A stretch of DNA of 43,394 bases, from the NCBI GenBank assembly GCA_964496055.1, contig CAZBYX010000002.1, positions 1 to 43,394 of the forward strand. The letters are read 5' to 3'. Source of the DNA: an uncultured Saprospiraceae bacterium (GTDB lineage Bacteria > Bacteroidota > Bacteroidia > Chitinophagales > Saprospiraceae). Below, piece after piece: positions 36,389 through 43,394 of this stretch. The first letter of the stretch is position 1. Each line of letters opens with the position of its first letter. A program made the translations under genes and the position numbers. The notes under the pieces are model-generated. The model worked only from the letters and a program-made list of their open reading frames with translations. It did no database searches and was not told the origin of the DNA.

Positions 36389-36496
36389 ACAGCTTTTTCC
36401 TATTGGGCTGCGGGGCTGAAAAGCCCGCCCCTTCCCGGGGGAAGGATTGGTTGGGGGGCGGGTTGGCACGCGTCCTGGGTTGGCAGATAAATTCAT

Positions 36497-36504
36497 TAGC
36501 TTTG
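36497..36504 (+). promoter_or_regulatory. -7 promoter box TAGCTTTG, candidate promoter of the RelA/SpoT gene
   Basis: Perfect TAnnTTTG 42 nt upstream of the ATG at 36546. Confidence 0.45.
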
Positions 36505-36545
36505 TAAGCTCCAACGAAACGGGGAGCCGAGAATCGGAGGTTCTT

Positions 36546-38789
36546 ATGTCGGAAAAACATTCTCAAGGTCAGTACATGTCGGTATCCTTGCCCCATCCGG
36601 AAGAGGAAAAGCGGCTGATTCAGCGCGCCTACAGGCGGCTGCTGCGTTCGTTTTCGCAACCCCTGAAGCCGGAAGACAAAAAACTCATCCGCAAGGCGTA
36701 TGAGGTGGCCGTTCAGGCGCACGCCAAACAGCGCCGCAAAAGTGGAGAGCCCTACATCCTGCACCCCATCGAGGTGGCGCGCATCTGCGCCGAAGAAATC
36801 GGACTGGGCCCGACCGCCATCGTCGCAGCCCTGCTCCACGACGTGGTGGAAGACACCCACATCACCCTGGAGGAAATCGAAGCGCAGTTCGGCAAGGTCA
36901 TTGCCAAAATGGTCGACGGCCTAACCAAACTGGATGCCACCTACGACTCGGAAAGCCCCCAGGCCGAGAATTTCAAAAAGGTACTCTCCACCCTCGTGGA
37001 GGATACGCGCGTGGTGCTCATCAAAATGGCCGACCGCCTGCACAACATGCGCACCCTCGATTCCATGCCCCACCACAAGCAGCTCAAAATCGCTGCCGAA
37101 ACCGATTACATTTACGCCCCTCTGGCGCATCGCCTCGGTCTGTACAACCTCAAAACCGAGTTCGAGGACCTCTGCCTCAAAGTCACCGACCCCGACACCT
37201 ACCACGAAATCGCCCAAAAACTCAATGCCACCAAGCGCGAGCGCACCCGCTACATCAACGAGTTCATCAAACCCCTCACCGCCCGCCTCGACGAGCTCGG
37301 CTACCCCTACCGCATTACCGGCCGCCCCAAGAGCATCTACTCCATCGTCAATAAGATTCGCACCAAAAAGGTGCCCTTCGAGGAAATCTACGACCTGTTC
37401 GCCATCCGCATCATCGTGGACGTGCCCCCCGAAAAGGAAAAAGCCGTCTGTTGGCAGGTGTACACCATCGTCACGGATGTGTATCGCACCATCCCCCAGC
37501 GCTTGAAAGACTACATCACCGTGCCCAAATCCAACGGGTACATGTCTTTGCATGCTACGGCCATCGGGCCCAAAGGCCGCTACGTGGAGGTTCAGATTCG
37601 CAGCGAACGGATGGACGAAATCGCCGAGCGCGGCTATGCCGCCCATTGGAAATACAAGGGGCTCAGCGATCAGCCCAGCGTGTACGAAACCTGGCTGGAC
37701 GGCGTGCGCGAAATCCTCGAAAGCTCGGACAGCAGCGCCCTGGAATTCATCAATGACTTCAAAACCAACCTCTTCGCCGAAGAGGTCTACGTCACCACCC
37801 CCAAAGGGGACATCGTGACCCTGCCCAAAGGAGCCACCGCCCTGGACTTCGCCTTCCATATCCATACTGAAATCGGCTATCACGCCAAAGCCATCCATGT
37901 GAACAATCGGGTGGTGCCCATGGGCTACAAACTCCAAAACGGCGACCAGGTCTCCGTCACCACCGACAAAAAACAAAAGCCCTCGGAGGACTGGCTCAAA
38001 TGGGTCGTCACCGGAAAAGCCCGCTCCCGCATCCGTTCCGCCATGAAGGAAGAGCGCAGAAAGGTGGGGGAAATCGGGCGGGAGGCCCTGGAGCGCAAGT
38101 TCCGACACTTGAAAGTGGCGGACTACCAAAAAAGCGTGGAAGAACTCTGCCGCTTCCTGAGGATGAAGTCGCACGTGGATTTGTACTACGCCATAGCCAC
38201 CGAGGACCTCAACCTGAACGAAGTGTTGAAAGAGTTCGAGGTGAAAGACCATCGCCTCGTCCTCAAGCCGCGCCCCGCAACAGAAGCAGAGCCCAGGGAA
38301 GAATCGCGCACCCAACGCTTTTTTACCAAACGCCCCCCCAAACTCCTCATCGGCGGGGAGCCGGCCAACCAGTACCAGTACAGTTTGGCCACCTGCTGCA
38401 ATCCCGTTCAGGGGGACGATGTCTTTGCCTACGTCACCAAAAAGGGCGGTATAAAAATTCACCGCAGCAACTGCCCCAACGCCAAACACCTGCTGGCCAA
38501 CTTCAGCTACCGCGTCATGCCGGCCGAGTGGATAACCTCCACCGATACGACCTTCGTGGCCCATTTGCTTATCGAAGGCATTGACGACGGGCCCGGCGTC
38601 ATCGAAAAGCTCTCGCACGAAATTTCCAGCCGGCTGGGGGTCAATATCCGTTCCTTCAACATCTCCGGCAACGAGGGCTACTTCGAAGGCCGCATGAGCC
38701 TGATGGTGGCCAACAAGGACCAACTGAACCTGGCCATCCGGACCTTGCTCAAGCTGGAAAACGTGACGAACGTCACCCGAATCGAGTGA
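36546..38789 (+). CDS. spoT: bifunctional (p)ppGpp synthetase/hydrolase, RelA/SpoT homologue
   Basis: ATG at 36546 gives 747 aa. HD hydrolase motifs YILHPIEVA and LLHDVVEDT. Synthetase motifs RPKSIYSIVNKI, DLFAIRIIV, YMSLHATA, EVQIRSERMD. TGS (VTTPKGDIVTLPKGATALDFAFHIH) and C-terminal ACT-like domains. Confidence 0.95.
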   Translation: MSEKHSQGQYMSVSLPHPEEEKRLIQRAYRRLLRSFSQPLKPEDKKLIRKAYEVAVQAHAKQRRKSGEPYILHPIEVARICAEEIGLGPTAIVAALLHDVVEDTHITLEEIEAQFGKVIAKMVDGLTKLDATYDSESPQAENFKKVLSTLVEDTRVVLIKMADRLHNMRTLDSMPHHKQLKIAAETDYIYAPLAHRLGLYNLKTEFEDLCLKVTDPDTYHEIAQKLNATKRERTRYINEFIKPLTARLDELGYPYRITGRPKSIYSIVNKIRTKKVPFEEIYDLFAIRIIVDVPPEKEKAVCWQVYTIVTDVYRTIPQRLKDYITVPKSNGYMSLHATAIGPKGRYVEVQIRSERMDEIAERGYAAHWKYKGLSDQPSVYETWLDGVREILESSDSSALEFINDFKTNLFAEEVYVTTPKGDIVTLPKGATALDFAFHIHTEIGYHAKAIHVNNRVVPMGYKLQNGDQVSVTTDKKQKPSEDWLKWVVTGKARSRIRSAMKEERRKVGEIGREALERKFRHLKVADYQKSVEELCRFLRMKSHVDLYYAIATEDLNLNEVLKEFEVKDHRLVLKPRPATEAEPREESRTQRFFTKRPPKLLIGGEPANQYQYSLATCCNPVQGDDVFAYVTKKGGIKIHRSNCPNAKHLLANFSYRVMPAEWITSTDTTFVAHLLIEGIDDGPGVIEKLSHEISSRLGVNIRSFNISGNEGYFEGRMSLMVANKDQLNLAIRTLLKLENVTNVTRIE

Positions 38790-38799
38790 GGGAAGGCGC

Positions 38800-38807
38800 T
38801 ATCTTTG
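38800..38807 (+). promoter_or_regulatory. -7 promoter box TATCTTTG, candidate hmgA promoter
   Basis: Perfect TAnnTTTG 36 nt upstream of the ATG at 38843, the same spacing as at dtd. Confidence 0.45.
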
Positions 38808-38842
38808 GGACATTGCCCAAGTCCAGCCTAAAATCAATAGCC

Positions 38843-40033
38843 ATGCATTACCACTGTCTCGGTCAGGTGCCGCCCAAACGGCACACCCAGTTCCGCAAAC
38901 CCAATGGCGAACTCTATCACGAAGAGCTCTTCTCCACAGAAGGGTTCAGCAACATGTACTCCCTGCTGTACCATTGTCACCCGCCCACGCAAATCGTGCA
39001 GGTGGGCAAGCCCTACAGCATCGCCCCCAAGGTGGTGAAAGACGAGCAGCTCAAACCCCGCAGCCTCAAGGGCTTTCAGGTGAGCCCCGAAGACGACTAC
39101 CTGAAAAGCCGCAAGCCCGTGTTGGTCAATGACGATTGCAAAATCATCCTGGCGGCGCCGCGCAAAGGCAACGCCGATTACTTCTTCAAAAACGCCGATG
39201 CCGATGAGGTGATATTCATCCACAAGGGTTCCGGGCGCCTGCGCACCATGTACGGCACCCTGAACTTCGAATACGGGGACTACGTCGTCGTTCCGCGGGG
39301 AACCACCTACCAGATTGAATTCGACGGAGAGGACAACCGCTTGCTCATTGTCGAATCGCATGGCCCCATCATCACCCCCAAGCGCTACCGCAACGCTTTC
39401 GGGCAGTTGGCCGAGCACGCCCCCTTCTGCGAGCGAGACATCCGCAAACCCACCGAGCTGGAGACCCACGACGAACAGGGCGAATTCCTCTTTTACATCA
39501 AAAAGCGGGACCTCATCTACCCGTACTACTACCTCAACCATCCCTTCGACCTCGTAGGCTGGGACGGCTTCGTCTATCCCTTCGCCTTTTCCATTCACAA
39601 CTTCGAACCCATCACGGGGCGCGTGCACCAGCCGCCACCCGTGCATCAAACCTTCGAGGGCAAGAATTTCGTCATCTGTTCCTTCGTGCCGCGGCTGTAC
39701 GACTATCACCCCCTTGCCATACCCGCTCCCTACAACCACAGCAACATCGACAGCGACGAGGTGCTCTACTACGTGGACGGGGAGTTCATGAGCCGCAAGC
39801 ACGTCGAAAAGGGCATGATCACGCTCCATCCCGGCGGCATCCCCCACGGACCCCACCCCGGAACGGTGGAAAAGAGCATCGGAGCCAAAGAAACCCGCGA
39901 GCTGGCCGTCATGGTGGACACCTTCAACCCCCTGTACATCACCGAACACGGCGCCCAAATCGAAGACCCGGACTATTACAAAAGCTGGCTGAACGGAAAA
40001 GTCGCCGGAAATGGCGTGAAAACGAAAGTTTGA
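38843..40033 (+). CDS. hmgA: homogentisate 1,2-dioxygenase (short bacterial type)
   Basis: ATG at 38843 gives 396 aa. MHYHCLGQVPPKRHTQF, EELFSTEGFS, cupin core DEVIFIHKGSGRLRTMYG...GDYVVVPRGTTY, HPGGIPHGPHPG. Adjacent to hppD. Confidence 0.88.
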   Translation: MHYHCLGQVPPKRHTQFRKPNGELYHEELFSTEGFSNMYSLLYHCHPPTQIVQVGKPYSIAPKVVKDEQLKPRSLKGFQVSPEDDYLKSRKPVLVNDDCKIILAAPRKGNADYFFKNADADEVIFIHKGSGRLRTMYGTLNFEYGDYVVVPRGTTYQIEFDGEDNRLLIVESHGPIITPKRYRNAFGQLAEHAPFCERDIRKPTELETHDEQGEFLFYIKKRDLIYPYYYLNHPFDLVGWDGFVYPFAFSIHNFEPITGRVHQPPPVHQTFEGKNFVICSFVPRLYDYHPLAIPAPYNHSNIDSDEVLYYVDGEFMSRKHVEKGMITLHPGGIPHGPHPGTVEKSIGAKETRELAVMVDTFNPLYITEHGAQIEDPDYYKSWLNGKVAGNGVKTKV

Positions 40034-40045
40034 CTGCTATCCCCC

Positions 40046-40053
40046 TAACTTTG
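40046..40053 (+). promoter_or_regulatory. -7 promoter box TAACTTTG, candidate hppD promoter
   Basis: Perfect TAnnTTTG 20 nt upstream of the ATG at 40073. Confidence 0.4.
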
Positions 40054-40072
40054 AAAATCAAATCGCTCAACC

Positions 40073-41197
40073 ATGCAAACCCTGACCCATCAAAAGTCTG
40101 CTGAAACCCAGGACTCTTTCCCCATCAATGGCACCGACCACATCGAATTTTACGTAGGCAATGCCAAGCAAGCGGCCCTGTACTACCAGGCCGCCTTCGG
40201 CTTCGAGTGGATTGCTTACCGCGGGCCCGAAACGGGCTGCCGCGACAAGGTCAGCTACGTCCTCCGTCAGGGCAAGGTAACCCTGGTGCTCACCGCCGCC
40301 CTCGGCCCCGAGCACGAAGTGGCCCGGCACGTCCACCTGCACGGCGATGGGGTCAAGGTGCTCGCCCTCTGGGTGGACGACGCCGAAAAAGCTTTCCAGA
40401 CCGCCGTGGAGCGGGGCGCTCAACCCGCCGCCGAACCCCTCACCCTCGAAGACGAATTCGGAGTCGTGAAAACCGCCTCCATCCACACCTACGGAGAAAC
40501 CCTCCACACCTTCGTGGAGCGCAAGGACTACCGCGGCGCCTTCATGCCCGGCTTCGAAGCCCGCAAGAGCGTCTATCCCGTGAAGCCCGTCGGCTTCAAG
40601 TACGTGGACCACTGCGTGGGCAACGTCGAGCTGGGCGCCATGAACAAGTGGGTGAAATTCTACCAGGACGTCATGGGCTTCAAGCTGCTCATCACCTTCG
40701 ACGACAAAGACATTTCCACCAAGTACACCGCCCTGATGAGCAAAGTCGTCGCCAACGGCAACGGCTACATCAAGTTCCCCATCAACGAACCCGCCAAGGG
40801 CCTGAAAAAATCTCAAATCGACGAATACCTCGAGTTCTACCGCGGCCCCGGCGTGCAACACATCGCCCTGGCCACCGACGACATCATCTATACGGTCGAG
40901 CAATTGCGCAAAAACGGCGTGGACTTCCTCTATGTGCCCGAAACCTACTACGAGGACGTGCTCGACCGGGTGGGCAAAATCGACGAAGACCTCGAAGACC
41001 TCAAACGCCTCAATATCCTGGTGGACCGCGATGAGGAGGGCTACCTGCTCCAGCTGTTCACCAAACCCGTCCAGGACCGCCCCACGGTGTTCTACGAAAT
41101 CATTCAGCGCAAAGGGGCCAAGTCCTTCGGCAAAGGCAATTTCAAAGCCCTGTTCGAAGCCATCGAGCGCGAGCAAGCCCTGCGCGGCACCCTCTGA
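40073..41197 (+). CDS. hppD: 4-hydroxyphenylpyruvate dioxygenase
   Basis: 374 aa. DHIEFYVGNAKQAALYY, HGDGVKVLALWVDD, VDHCVGNVELG, GVQHIALATDDI, QLFTKPVQDRPTVFYEIIQRKG, FGKGNFKALFEAIEREQ are canonical HPPD motifs. Confidence 0.95.
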   Translation: MQTLTHQKSAETQDSFPINGTDHIEFYVGNAKQAALYYQAAFGFEWIAYRGPETGCRDKVSYVLRQGKVTLVLTAALGPEHEVARHVHLHGDGVKVLALWVDDAEKAFQTAVERGAQPAAEPLTLEDEFGVVKTASIHTYGETLHTFVERKDYRGAFMPGFEARKSVYPVKPVGFKYVDHCVGNVELGAMNKWVKFYQDVMGFKLLITFDDKDISTKYTALMSKVVANGNGYIKFPINEPAKGLKKSQIDEYLEFYRGPGVQHIALATDDIIYTVEQLRKNGVDFLYVPETYYEDVLDRVGKIDEDLEDLKRLNILVDRDEEGYLLQLFTKPVQDRPTVFYEIIQRKGAKSFGKGNFKALFEAIEREQALRGTL

Positions 41198-41358
41198 GGG
41201 TGGGCAAGGCGGTGTGCGGGGAGGGGGCCCACTCCCTCCAACCGCCCCACCCGAACCCTTATCCGACCAACCCCTGCCGAAATCGGATGAAGGGGAATGC
41301 TTTTCCGCTTCCGGAAGCGTTGCTACATTGTGCGGCCGCGCGGCCCAATTCCAGGTCC

Positions 41359-42159
41359 ATGAAAAACAAAAACCTTGCGGGCATATTGGCTTTGATGTTC
41401 GGGGGCTTTGGCGTCCACCGGTTCTACCTGGGGCAGCGCGCCCTGGGGTTTTGCTATCTGGGCTTGCTCTTTTTCTCCCTCCTCATCAAAGCACCCATCG
41501 TTTGGATCATCGCCTTCATCGACGCCATCATTTTCTTTTCCATGGATCGGGATGAATTCGACGTCAAATTCAATCGCCGGCACCTGAAAAAGCTCCGCAA
41601 GAAGCGTTTCGACACCGACTTCGACCGACCCTATACCCCCGAGGAGGAAGTTCGACATCGAGAGCACAGAAGGAACCGCCATCACGGAGCCGGCAGGCGG
41701 GCACGCAAAAGCTTTGACAACCCGCACAAACAGCGCGGCATTCAGAAATACCGCGACTTCGATTACGAAGGAGCCATCGAAGAATTCCTCAAGGCCCTCG
41801 AAACCCATCCCAACGATATCCCCACCCACTTCAACCTCGCCTGCGCCTATTCGCTGACGGAGCAGAAAGAACAGGCTTTCTACCACCTGGACCGCGCCGT
41901 AGCCCTGGGGTTCAAGGACTTCGAGAAAATCGACACCCACGATGCCCTGGCCTTCCTGCGCATCCAGCCCGAATTCGAGGAGTTCAAGGCAGCAGGCTAC
42001 CGCCGCAGGCCCCAACCCGCCCTGCCTGCCGAAGAAGAAAACCTGTTGGATGCCTCCCCCGACCTCCTCGACCAACTCAAAAAGCTCAGCGAACTCCGCG
42101 AGCGGGGGTTCCTCACTCAAGAAGAATTCGACTTGCAGAAAAGAAAATTGCTTGAATAG
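41359..42159 (+). CDS. TM2 domain - TPR-like - SHOCT domain fusion membrane protein
   Basis: ATG at 41359 gives MKNKNLAGILALMFGGFGVHRFYLGQ (TM2 signature) plus a second TM helix. Then a basic linker, a TPR-like segment (YEGAIEEFLKALETHPNDIPTHFNLACAYSL...AFYHLDRAVALGF), and a C-terminal SHOCT-like LLDQLKKLSELRERGFLTQEEFDLQKRKLL. Confidence 0.8.
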   Translation: MKNKNLAGILALMFGGFGVHRFYLGQRALGFCYLGLLFFSLLIKAPIVWIIAFIDAIIFFSMDRDEFDVKFNRRHLKKLRKKRFDTDFDRPYTPEEEVRHREHRRNRHHGAGRRARKSFDNPHKQRGIQKYRDFDYEGAIEEFLKALETHPNDIPTHFNLACAYSLTEQKEQAFYHLDRAVALGFKDFEKIDTHDALAFLRIQPEFEEFKAAGYRRRPQPALPAEEENLLDASPDLLDQLKKLSELRERGFLTQEEFDLQKRKLLE

Positions 42160-42408
42160 TTGGAATTTGAATAAGTTTTTTGGAATATTGATGCAAGCGA
42201 ATTTCCCCCCGTACATGATGGACGCTCTTTGGCGAGAATTTTGACTTTTTCTCGGCCCGCCATGTATTGCTCTTCGGGGTGTGGGCTTTTAACTTTACCT
42301 TGACCGCGTTCCTGCCAACGGATTGAGTATTCAAACGTTCTTAAACTGTGCCACCAGCTGTGCGCCCTTGCTTTTCAGGGGAACGCGGGCAGGTAAAAAT
42401 CAAACACT

Positions 42409-43068
42409 ATGGTTGCTGAAAAAATCATATCCACGGCAATCTTGCCCCTGAAAACTTCCGACACGGGCAACGATGCGCTGACCATCATGGAGGACTTCTT
42501 CGTCCGACACCTGCCCATCGTGAATGACAAACAGCTTTTGGGGGTCATCTCCGAAGACGATATCCTCATTCACAACATCGAGGACCCGGTGGGCTCCTAT
42601 GCCCTGAGCCTGGTCAAGCCTTATGTTCGGGGCAATGACCACATCTACGAAGTGATGCGCGTTTTGGCCGAGCAGAAGCTCACCGTCATCCCCGTAGTGG
42701 ACGAGGAGGGCAACTATCTGGGAATGATTTCCCAGGAAGACGTTTTGAATTATTTCGCCAAAACGGCTTGCTTCAGTGAGATGGGGAGCATCATCGTCCT
42801 GGAAGTGTCCAGCCGGGATTACTCCCTGGCGGAAATCGCCCGAATCGTCGAATCCGAAGGGGCTTCCATCCTCAGTTCTTTTCTCACCTCCCATAAGGAG
42901 AGCACCCGCGTGGAGGTGACCTTGAAAATCAACCGCCAGAACGTCCAGTCCATCTTGGCCACGTTCCGTCGATTCGATTACGAAATCAAGGCCGCCTTCA
43001 ACGAATCGGATTACCTCGAATCCCTGCAGGAGCGCTACGATGCTCTGATGAACTTTTTGAATGTATGA
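42409..43068 (+). CDS. CBS-pair domain protein with C-terminal ACT-like domain (AcuB-like)
   Basis: 219 aa. Two CBS repeats (HLPIVNDKQLLGVISEDDIL; LTVIPVVDEEGNYLGMISQEDVL), followed by an ACT-like segment IIVLEVSSRDYSLAEIARIVESEGASIL. Confidence 0.88.
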   Translation: MVAEKIISTAILPLKTSDTGNDALTIMEDFFVRHLPIVNDKQLLGVISEDDILIHNIEDPVGSYALSLVKPYVRGNDHIYEVMRVLAEQKLTVIPVVDEEGNYLGMISQEDVLNYFAKTACFSEMGSIIVLEVSSRDYSLAEIARIVESEGASILSSFLTSHKESTRVEVTLKINRQNVQSILATFRRFDYEIKAAFNESDYLESLQERYDALMNFLNV

Positions 43069-43111
43069 GGGGCGCGCTCTAATTTTTTCCCGCTTAAAGG
43101 TTGGGACGAAA

Positions 43112-43154
43112 AGCCCCCTGCAAAGAATGCTTTCATCTTCGCAGGGGGCTTTTT
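43112..43154 (+). terminator. rho-independent terminator after the CBS gene
   Basis: AGCCCCCTGC (43112..43121) and GCAGGGGGCT (43141..43150) form a perfect 10-bp stem with a 19-nt loop, followed by TTTT. The flanking A-run makes it bidirectional in shape. Confidence 0.72.
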
Positions 43155-43289
43155 AGGTTCGGTGATTCAGGTTGCATGGATTTCATGCTTGTAGACGTGA
43201 CATCGTGACGGGTAACTTTTTCGGTTCCTCAAAATCCTCTTGGATTGACCAAGCTCGGGCGGAGCGGGAAGCTCCACCCGAGCACCCAC

Positions 43290-43320
43290 GGTCGGGTGCA
43301 CCTTTGCGGTGCGCCCGACC
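43290..43320 (+). other. GC-rich stem-loop in an ORF-free tail region
   Basis: GGTCGGG-T-GCAC / GTGC-G-CCCGACC gives 11 Watson-Crick pairs plus one T:G wobble, with loop CTTTGCG, followed by TTTGT. A second nested hairpin, CTCGGG-C-GGAGC-GGGAA-GCTCC-A-CCCGAG, lies at 43254..43282. Confidence 0.4.
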
Positions 43321-43394
43321 TTTGTGCCGTTCCCTCCTAACCAAGGGGCGCGTCGCGCTGCGCCGCCGGATATTTCCCCATCGAACCGCTACCA

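Noticed and set aside
42113-42334. 73-aa minus-strand ORF in the TM2-CBS spacer.
   Set aside because: It overlaps the 3' end of the TM2 gene in antisense, is Lys/Ser-rich with no hydrophobic core or motif, and lies in an AT-rich spacer where random ORFs of this size are expected.
43156-43394. Possible fragment of RNase P RNA, tmRNA, or a cobalamin riboswitch in the window tail.
   Set aside because: There are only short local resemblances (AAGCTCCACCCGAGCA; GGTTCGATGGGG; GGGAACGGCAC-AAAGG). The universal RNase P GAGGAAAGTCCGGGC element is missing, as are a tmRNA tag ORF ending in a ...LAA stop and the B12 box GCCACTG. Kept only as an unexplained structured region.

Overview
This 43.4-kb window is a high-GC, gene-dense chromosomal segment; by my tally only about 4.3 kb is non-coding. 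It reads as Bacteroidota for three reasons: a complete porP/sprF-gldK-gldL-gldM-gldN type IX secretion/gliding core, no Shine-Dalgarno sequences upstream of the start codons I checked, and the Bacteroidetes -7 promoter box TAnnTTTG in front of many genes. I support 38 CDS and one tRNA-Leu(UAG). Most genes are housekeeping: purD, recN, dtd, ftcD, rlmB, prfA, priA, tig-clpP-clpX, a RelA/SpoT homologue, hmgA-hppD, plus several peptidases, lipoproteins and hydrolases. I saw no transposase, integrase, CRISPR array or rRNA. The one accessory-looking element is a translationally coupled gene pair at 8984..10593, wedged between dtd and ftcD. It encodes an ABC/SMC-type ATPase and a small acidic Toprim-like (DUF4276-type) protein. 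This is the split OLD/PARIS/Gabija-like architecture of conflict systems, and I know of no established mechanism for this particular version, so it is my top candidate for an undescribed system. Secondary observations: a composite microsatellite/G-quadruplex spacer upstream of rlmB, recurrent G4-prone tracts in other spacers, an unusually long structured gldK-gldL spacer, a TM2-TPR-SHOCT fusion protein, and a structured ORF-free tail at the window end. The many long antisense ORFs in the track are high-GC shadow ORFs and were rejected. All family assignments rest on motifs I recognised by eye; no searches were run.
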